From: an uncultured Eubacteriales bacterium | GTDB lineage: Bacteria; Bacillota; Clostridia; Lachnospirales; JAISER01 | NCBI GenBank assembly: GCA_964545475.1 | Contig: CAZJGG010000007.1 | Coordinates: 1,103 to 65,102, forward strand | Direction of reading: 5' to 3' | DNA length: 64,000 nt | In this document: in pieces, positions 58,726 through 64,000 of the stretch | Numbering within the stretch: position 1 is the first letter of the stretch | Layout: each line of letters begins with the position of its first letter | Notes under the pieces: model-generated | Database searches by the model: none | Told to the model about the DNA's origin: nothing | Seen by the model: the letters and a program-made list of their open reading frames with translations, nothing else | Made by a program: the position numbers and the translations under genes

Positions 58726-61700
58726 GTGTTTAAAAAATTAATTTGCGCAATTCTAGTGACCTCTTTAGTTTTTAGCACATTACTGTCTATTTATGGGGAC
58801 GAGGGGGCGGACAAGCAAACACTGTTGGCAGAAATGGAAAAACAGGTAGAAAAAGAAAAAGATGAAGCACTTGGAGAAACATATGGAGGAATAATTTTTT
58901 TAGGTAATGATGATGTTTTAAAAGAATCTACTGCAATTTTTGCAAAAAAACCTAAATTTAAGAGCATAACAACAGGAAGCGCTGTTCAGGTGTTTAATTT
59001 TGAGGATGAAATTGTTACATTTCCTGATGTGAACCTTGAAATGTGTATTCGTGAAGCTATTGGCAGGCAAAATGATGACGATGATATTTATTCATCTGAA
59101 TTAGAAGAAATTGAAATGCTAAATGCCAGTAACAAGAACATCTCAGACATTTCGGGAATTGAAGAACTATGTAATTTGCAAGTTTTATTTTTAGAAAATA
59201 ATAACATAACCGATATTTCTCCTTTGGAATTTCTTGATTTAACTAATCTATATTTATCAAATAACAATGTATCAAATATTAGTTCATTACATAATATGAC
59301 AAACATGTGGCAGTTAGAAATAGACAATAACAATATAAATGATATATCACCTTTAAGCGAATTATGGGATATTGGATATTTAAATTTAAGCGATAATAAC
59401 ATTAGCAATATTTCTCCATTGCAAGGCCTTTATTTATATAGCATAAAGTTATCAAATAACAATATTTCAAGTGTTAATGCTCTGGAAGATATGGAAGAAC
59501 TTTCGCAACTATGGCTTTCAGGGAATCAAATATCGAATATATCGCCGTTAAGTAAATTAACATTATTAAGTGATTTAAGACTTGGCGACAATAATATTAG
59601 TAACATAACGCCACTAACTGGGCTAAAAAATTTGCAACAGTTAAACCTTGATTATAATAACATAAGTGATTTAACACCTTTAAGTGGATTAACAAAATTA
59701 CGGTATCTAAATTTACCTGCAAATAATATAACAGATGTTACAGCACTAAACGATTTAAAAGAACTCGTTGGTTTGTCTCTGTGGCAAAATAAAATTTACG
59801 ATATTCAACCTTTAGCTGAATTGACTAAGTTAAATGATTTAGGCATACAAAATAACTTTATTACTGATATTAGTGCGTTGCGTAATATGACCCAATTAAA
59901 AAGATTGTGGATGTATAATCTTGGTGTATCAGATATTTCTGCATTAAGTAATTTAACAGAATTAAGCTATATCGCAGCCTACAACAACAAAATAAGCGAT
60001 TTAACTCCATTACATGACTTGAATAAACTTGTAACTTTATTGCTCAAAAATAATCAAATAAGTGATATTAGCTCAATAGTTGGATTACCGGCATTATTTG
60101 AATTATCATTAAATAATAATCAGATAAGTGACGTTAGCCCAATAAAGCAACAGATTAATACTAGTATTGGATATTTAAACTTAGAAAACAATAAAATAAA
60201 AGACATTTCCGCTTTAACGTCTTTAAAATTTGACGACGGTGGCTTGAACTTGTATTTAGGCAACAATGAAATTACTGATTTTACACCGCTTGCAGGAATG
60301 AGGAACATTAACGTTTTAGGCATAAACAATACAAATGTCACAGACATAAGTTTTATTAAAGAGCTTACTATGCTAAGTTACTTATATGCCTATAACAACC
60401 AAATAAGCGATTTAAGCCCTCTTAAAGATTTAACTAAATTAAATCGTGCATATTTATGGTCAAATAAAGTTAAAGACTTAAGCAATTTAAGTTCATTAAG
60501 CAAAATGAGCAATCTCAACTTAGCAGATAACCTAATAGATGACATAAGCCCAATACAAAATCTAAGTCCGTCACAGCTTTATTTACAATACAATAATCTT
60601 GATGTTTCCGATGGTTCTTCTACAATGGGCATTATAAATAAATTTAAAAATAATGGTTGCGATGTTAAATGGCAACCTCAAAAAGGAGATAGCGGAATAA
60701 CCGAAAAACTACCGAACCCTAAAGCGTCTCCAGACCCTGCAAACGGAAAAATAACTGACAGCACTTATATTCAATTTTCCGTAAATAGTTTTATAACACC
60801 CAAAATTTATTATACAACTGATGGCAGTGAACCGACCGTTTTTAGCAAGCAATACAAAGATTCATTTACAATTGATAGAGATACTACCTTTAAAGTTAAA
60901 GCAGTACAGGAAGGCTTTCAAGACAGTGACACAGTAACATTTAAATATGAATTAGAAGAAACACAAGAAGTACCAGCTACAGTTATTACACTTAACAAAG
61001 GCACTAAACAAAAAACAATTAAGATTACGCTTTCCGGCGAGGGTTCAACAGAAAAAACACCGTTTGGCACTTTTGAATACGCCGTAACATCTGACTTAAA
61101 CGACAAAAAGCAGACAAAATGGAAAAAGCCAAAGGCAGTAACAGATAATGTTGTTGCAAATGCAACACAGACTGTTTATATTCGTAAAAAGGGGAGCACA
61201 CAAATAATATCTTCAAAGAAAATAACTTTAGACGATGTAACGCAGCCATTACCGCCAAAAGCTAAAGTAACATCAACAGGCGCAATTTCAACTCCTAGCT
61301 CTTTCGGAAAAACACTTTTAAAATTTGCTACTGTCTATAAAGATGCAGAATTTAGGATAGGCTTAGATAAAACAGATACTTGGTCAACATATTGGACGGA
61401 TTGCCCACCAAAAGGACAGTTAAGCATAGACCAAACAGCTGTTACACAAGGGCACAATGTCTATGTAAGGTTTAAAGAAACAAATGGATTACCGCAGTCT
61501 GCAATACAAACTGCTTTAGCGTTTGATAAAATTTTATTAAATCCGATTGCTCCTTCGGTAAATATATCAGACATTACTGACGGCAAATCAAAAGGAACAT
61601 TTAACATAACTATAGATGGTGATGACATTAATAAACCTCTTGAATACGCAGTTGTTACAAGCGGAGAGCCTGTTGCTAAAACAAAATGGGCAAAAGTTAA

Positions 61701-61842
61701 ACTTACTAATGGTAACATTATAAGCAATGTTAAAGCAACTAAAGGCTCTCAAATATTTATTAGAAATGCCGCTGTCAAAAAAACAGCCAACACGCAAGCA
61801 AAGCCCCCATCGGCTTGTACACAAGGCTTTTTAATTCCATAA
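58726..61842 (+). CDS. Secreted leucine-rich-repeat (internalin-like) protein with C-terminal tri-module
   Basis: GTG start after AGGGAGG. Signal peptide. About 24 LRR units of 22 aa (LxxLxLxxNxIxDISxL). A chitobiase/Fn3-associated-like segment (IYYTTDGSEPT). A 289-aa tail homologous to the protease tail. Confidence 0.85.
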   Translation: MFKKLICAILVTSLVFSTLLSIYGDEGADKQTLLAEMEKQVEKEKDEALGETYGGIIFLGNDDVLKESTAIFAKKPKFKSITTGSAVQVFNFEDEIVTFPDVNLEMCIREAIGRQNDDDDIYSSELEEIEMLNASNKNISDISGIEELCNLQVLFLENNNITDISPLEFLDLTNLYLSNNNVSNISSLHNMTNMWQLEIDNNNINDISPLSELWDIGYLNLSDNNISNISPLQGLYLYSIKLSNNNISSVNALEDMEELSQLWLSGNQISNISPLSKLTLLSDLRLGDNNISNITPLTGLKNLQQLNLDYNNISDLTPLSGLTKLRYLNLPANNITDVTALNDLKELVGLSLWQNKIYDIQPLAELTKLNDLGIQNNFITDISALRNMTQLKRLWMYNLGVSDISALSNLTELSYIAAYNNKISDLTPLHDLNKLVTLLLKNNQISDISSIVGLPALFELSLNNNQISDVSPIKQQINTSIGYLNLENNKIKDISALTSLKFDDGGLNLYLGNNEITDFTPLAGMRNINVLGINNTNVTDISFIKELTMLSYLYAYNNQISDLSPLKDLTKLNRAYLWSNKVKDLSNLSSLSKMSNLNLADNLIDDISPIQNLSPSQLYLQYNNLDVSDGSSTMGIINKFKNNGCDVKWQPQKGDSGITEKLPNPKASPDPANGKITDSTYIQFSVNSFITPKIYYTTDGSEPTVFSKQYKDSFTIDRDTTFKVKAVQEGFQDSDTVTFKYELEETQEVPATVITLNKGTKQKTIKITLSGEGSTEKTPFGTFEYAVTSDLNDKKQTKWKKPKAVTDNVVANATQTVYIRKKGSTQIISSKKITLDDVTQPLPPKAKVTSTGAISTPSSFGKTLLKFATVYKDAEFRIGLDKTDTWSTYWTDCPPKGQLSIDQTAVTQGHNVYVRFKETNGLPQSAIQTALAFDKILLNPIAPSVNISDITDGKSKGTFNITIDGDDINKPLEYAVVTSGEPVAKTKWAKVKLTNGNIISNVKATKGSQIFIRNAAVKKTANTQAKPPSACTQGFLIP

Positions 61843-62252
61843 ATTTTAAGTATATGCATAAATCTTAAATAAGTTATCTTTTTATATTTATTTACTTTAC
61901 CATGTTGTGTTTCTAGTAGTAGACGTTGTGGGCTTGTGGTAAAGCGGTTTGAACTTAGGAATTTCCGAATAAATGGTGTTGGTAACATTGTGGTAAACAG
62001 TTTCATCGTTTTCCATAATGTTATCAATGCCATTTTTTCGTTGAAATTCATTAGTGAAAGCTGTTTTTCCACAAATCCACAGCGTGATTATTATAATAAT
62101 ACATATCTTAAAGGATTTATCATTGTTATGCCTTTGTTCAATGGCAAAAAAAATTATGTAAAAAAGGTATTCTCAAAGAACATTCTGAACTGTATAATTC
62201 TTTATGTAGCAAATAAGTCATGCTAAAAAAATATAGGAGAGGATATGAGTAA

Positions 62253-63278
62253 ATGGGCGAAATAAAAAAAGAAGAAATAAAAGACTCACTATTTAAAGAA
62301 AAAATAAAAATGATTCGTGAAAAAGGAGACATAAGCATTAGTTTCCAGGAGTTTAAGGAAAATGGCTTCCATATAAATGAAAATGAGAAAACCGTGTTTA
62401 GAATGTATAAATTTATGATGAATAGAATTAATACATGTAAAAAGCCTTTAACCCAAGAATATTTTGCACATAAGACTGGATGTAAAAAACCAACTATAAG
62501 CGGTATTGAAAACGGTAAATCAGTGCCCAGTAGTAAATTAATTAATAAGGTCTGCGATGAGTTTTTTATTTGCAAAGATTGGTTATTATATAGTAGCGAT
62601 ATTTCACATGTAGTATATTCTATAGAACCGATGCTTAAAATGTATGCATACAATATTTTAAATAAAGGAACGTATGAGGAACATTTTAATAATTTAATAT
62701 GTCTTGCAAATGCTATGCTAGATATTGTAAGAAAAGACTGGGGATTAAATTTAGTTGGATTTGATATGAATGAAAAATATGAAAAACTTGTTAAAAAAAA
62801 ATATGAATATATTAAACAATTACGCAATAAAATGCTATTCGAAGGGATTTCCTCTATATCTTTTAATGAGGATAAATTTCCTGAAAGTATAGAAGAGCTT
62901 GCTGTCACAGCCGAAAAAATTAAAGATATATATGAAAAATTTGTAAAAGAAGGTGGGCGGGAAACAGGTAATAGTATTGTTGATAATCTACTTAAAACTT
63001 ATTACTATATAGATATGTTCACAATAGGCCCAAAAAGCTATGAAAGTGAGAATAAGAATGAAAAATGCTACGAAGAAACGTTAAAAAAATATATTCTGCT
63101 GTTTCAAATATATATAGAGAGTTTAAGATATTTTTCTAGCGTTATCAGAAATCCAAAAACATTAAAAAGGCTACATATAGATACAACAGAAATTATGGAT
63201 GAGAAAGAGCTTTTGCAAGAATTAAGAAGTGACTTGCGTAAAAAAAAATTAAAACAACTTGCAGACGAAAAAATATAA
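62253..63278 (+). CDS. HTH (XRE-like) domain protein with large unassigned C-terminal region
   Basis: TQEYFAHKTGCKKPTISGIENGKSVPSSKLINKV is helix-turn-helix. The remaining about 220 aa are unassigned. Confidence 0.65.
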   Translation: MGEIKKEEIKDSLFKEKIKMIREKGDISISFQEFKENGFHINENEKTVFRMYKFMMNRINTCKKPLTQEYFAHKTGCKKPTISGIENGKSVPSSKLINKVCDEFFICKDWLLYSSDISHVVYSIEPMLKMYAYNILNKGTYEEHFNNLICLANAMLDIVRKDWGLNLVGFDMNEKYEKLVKKKYEYIKQLRNKMLFEGISSISFNEDKFPESIEELAVTAEKIKDIYEKFVKEGGRETGNSIVDNLLKTYYYIDMFTIGPKSYESENKNEKCYEETLKKYILLFQIYIESLRYFSSVIRNPKTLKRLHIDTTEIMDEKELLQELRSDLRKKKLKQLADEKI

Positions 63279-63457
63279 TATGTAAAAAGCCGCTGAATAC
63301 TTTGGTTCTGTGGCTTTTTTTATTTCTATTTCAAGTTATTGACATTATATAAACTGAACATTATTCTTAAGCTGTTACAAATACAAGGCTTAAGTCATTA
63401 AACCCACTTCGTTGAGGCAAGCGCTACTTCAAGGTTTTGGAGAAAGGAGATTCTAGA

Positions 63458-63817
63458 ATGTCAACCAATAAAATCAATACAAATTTATCTGCAATAAACG
63501 GTGGGCAAGATATTGTAATTCTGGTGGCGAAAACTGTGGCATATCCGTACATAAATGGGAAACGCAGTGACGCTCCGAACGGCTTTAAGTTTGATGTTGC
63601 ACTGCAAGGCAATAAACTTACTCCACTATCTGTCAAAATTGAAGGTGTAGACCCTTTACCACAAGTCACGGAGGAAGTTCTTACAGCAGCAACAGTAGCT
63701 GGAAAATTTATTTATGCTCGTATTATCGATTGTACGGTTTCAATATACACAATGAATGGAAACATGGGAATGGCAGCAACTGCAAAAGGCATTGAGGTTT
63801 TAAACGCTTCAAAATAA
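63458..63817 (+). CDS. Hypothetical 119-aa protein
   Basis: ATG 63458 lies 7 nt after AAGGAGA, preceded by TTGACA, 17 nt spacer, TATTCT. No motif recognised with confidence. Confidence 0.55.
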   Translation: MSTNKINTNLSAINGGQDIVILVAKTVAYPYINGKRSDAPNGFKFDVALQGNKLTPLSVKIEGVDPLPQVTEEVLTAATVAGKFIYARIIDCTVSIYTMNGNMGMAATAKGIEVLNASK

Positions 63818-63875
63818 AAAATTATGTTGCAATTGTGTTATTGAATAAGGGTTTATTGAAAAGGAGGAAAAACTT

Positions 63876-64000
63876 ATAAAGACAATTATTGAAAGAACCA
63901 AAAATGTTGTTTTGTTATGGTTATTAGATTTAGAATCTTGCATTAGTGAGATAGATAAAATAGCAAGAACAACAGAACACAAGAAACCTGAAAAACAAAA
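63876..64000 (+). CDS. 5' part of an ORF running off the window, start codon unclear
   Basis: Open frame IKTIIERTKNVVLLWLLDLESCISEIDKIARTTEHKKPEKQ. AAGGAGG (63861-63867) lies 8 nt before ATA 63876. No ATG/GTG/TTG at a suitable distance. Confidence 0.3.
   Translation, partial: MKTIIERTKNVVLLWLLDLESCISEIDKIARTTEHKKPEKQ

Noticed and set aside
61749-62226. ORFs 61749..62072 (minus) and 61936..62226 (plus) between the LRR gene and the HTH gene
   Set aside because: They have no RBS, overlap each other and the LRR gene end, and have implausible compositions. I treated this interval as an intergenic or promoter region.
62138-62908. 256-aa minus-strand ORF overlapping the 341-aa HTH gene
   Set aside because: It is antisense to an ORF with a recognisable HTH motif and RBS. 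Its translation is low-complexity (Ser/Leu/Phe/Ile) typical of AT-rich antisense frames, and it has no RBS.
62793-63248. Two A9 homopolymer tracts (62793-62801 and 63240-63248) in the 341-aa HTH gene as phase-variation switches
   Set aside because: Both encode Lys runs in a very AT-rich gene, so they are expected by composition. There is no evidence of alternative frames restoring a product.

Overview
This is a low-GC Firmicutes (Clostridia-like) chromosomal segment. All calls rest on reading the sequence and ORF track, with no database search. Core genes: a secreted M6/InhA-like metalloprotease with four tandem Ig-like repeats; a lipoprotein/DUF4321/TlpA operon; an 11-kb catabolic array joining arcA-arcC-arcB to the full oxidative ornithine pathway (ord-ortA-ortB-oraS-oraE-mutL-like-orr); a GH13 amylase; and a chemotaxis operon (cheR-cheA-cheW) that also carries an SLH surface protein and an MCP. 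Further core genes are tmcAL, an aminopeptidase P, apbE, an aldose epimerase, an M29 aminopeptidase, a DtxR/MntR-like regulator, a PadR module, uvrB-uvrA, an NCS2 permease, metA, malQ, metG, tatD, a yabE-like gene, a VanY-like gene, a deacetylase and a ybaK-like gene. The region 55.3-64 kb is accessory. It holds a solo IS end, a decayed IS4-like element, an IS30 remnant, tRNA-Leu with the unusual anticodon AAG and tRNA-Ser(GGA). These are followed by an AT-rich block with two XRE-type regulators and a 1038-aa LRR surface protein. I found no CRISPR array, rRNA, integrase or recognisable defence system. The strongest non-genic signal is a swarm of miniature inverted-repeat elements: at least five families and roughly 20 copies or fragments, several with exact target-site duplications. 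They are nested in each other, in an IS transposase gene, in an operon gap and in a 5' UTR, and they abut stop codons. Other leads are an uncharacterised about 280-aa C-terminal tri-module shared by the protease and the LRR protein, a 37-aa hydrophobic toxin-like ORF missing from the ORF track, a conserved about 30-nt motif flanking the mntR-like gene in inverted orientation, and a Cys/Gly/Trp/Asn repeat protein.
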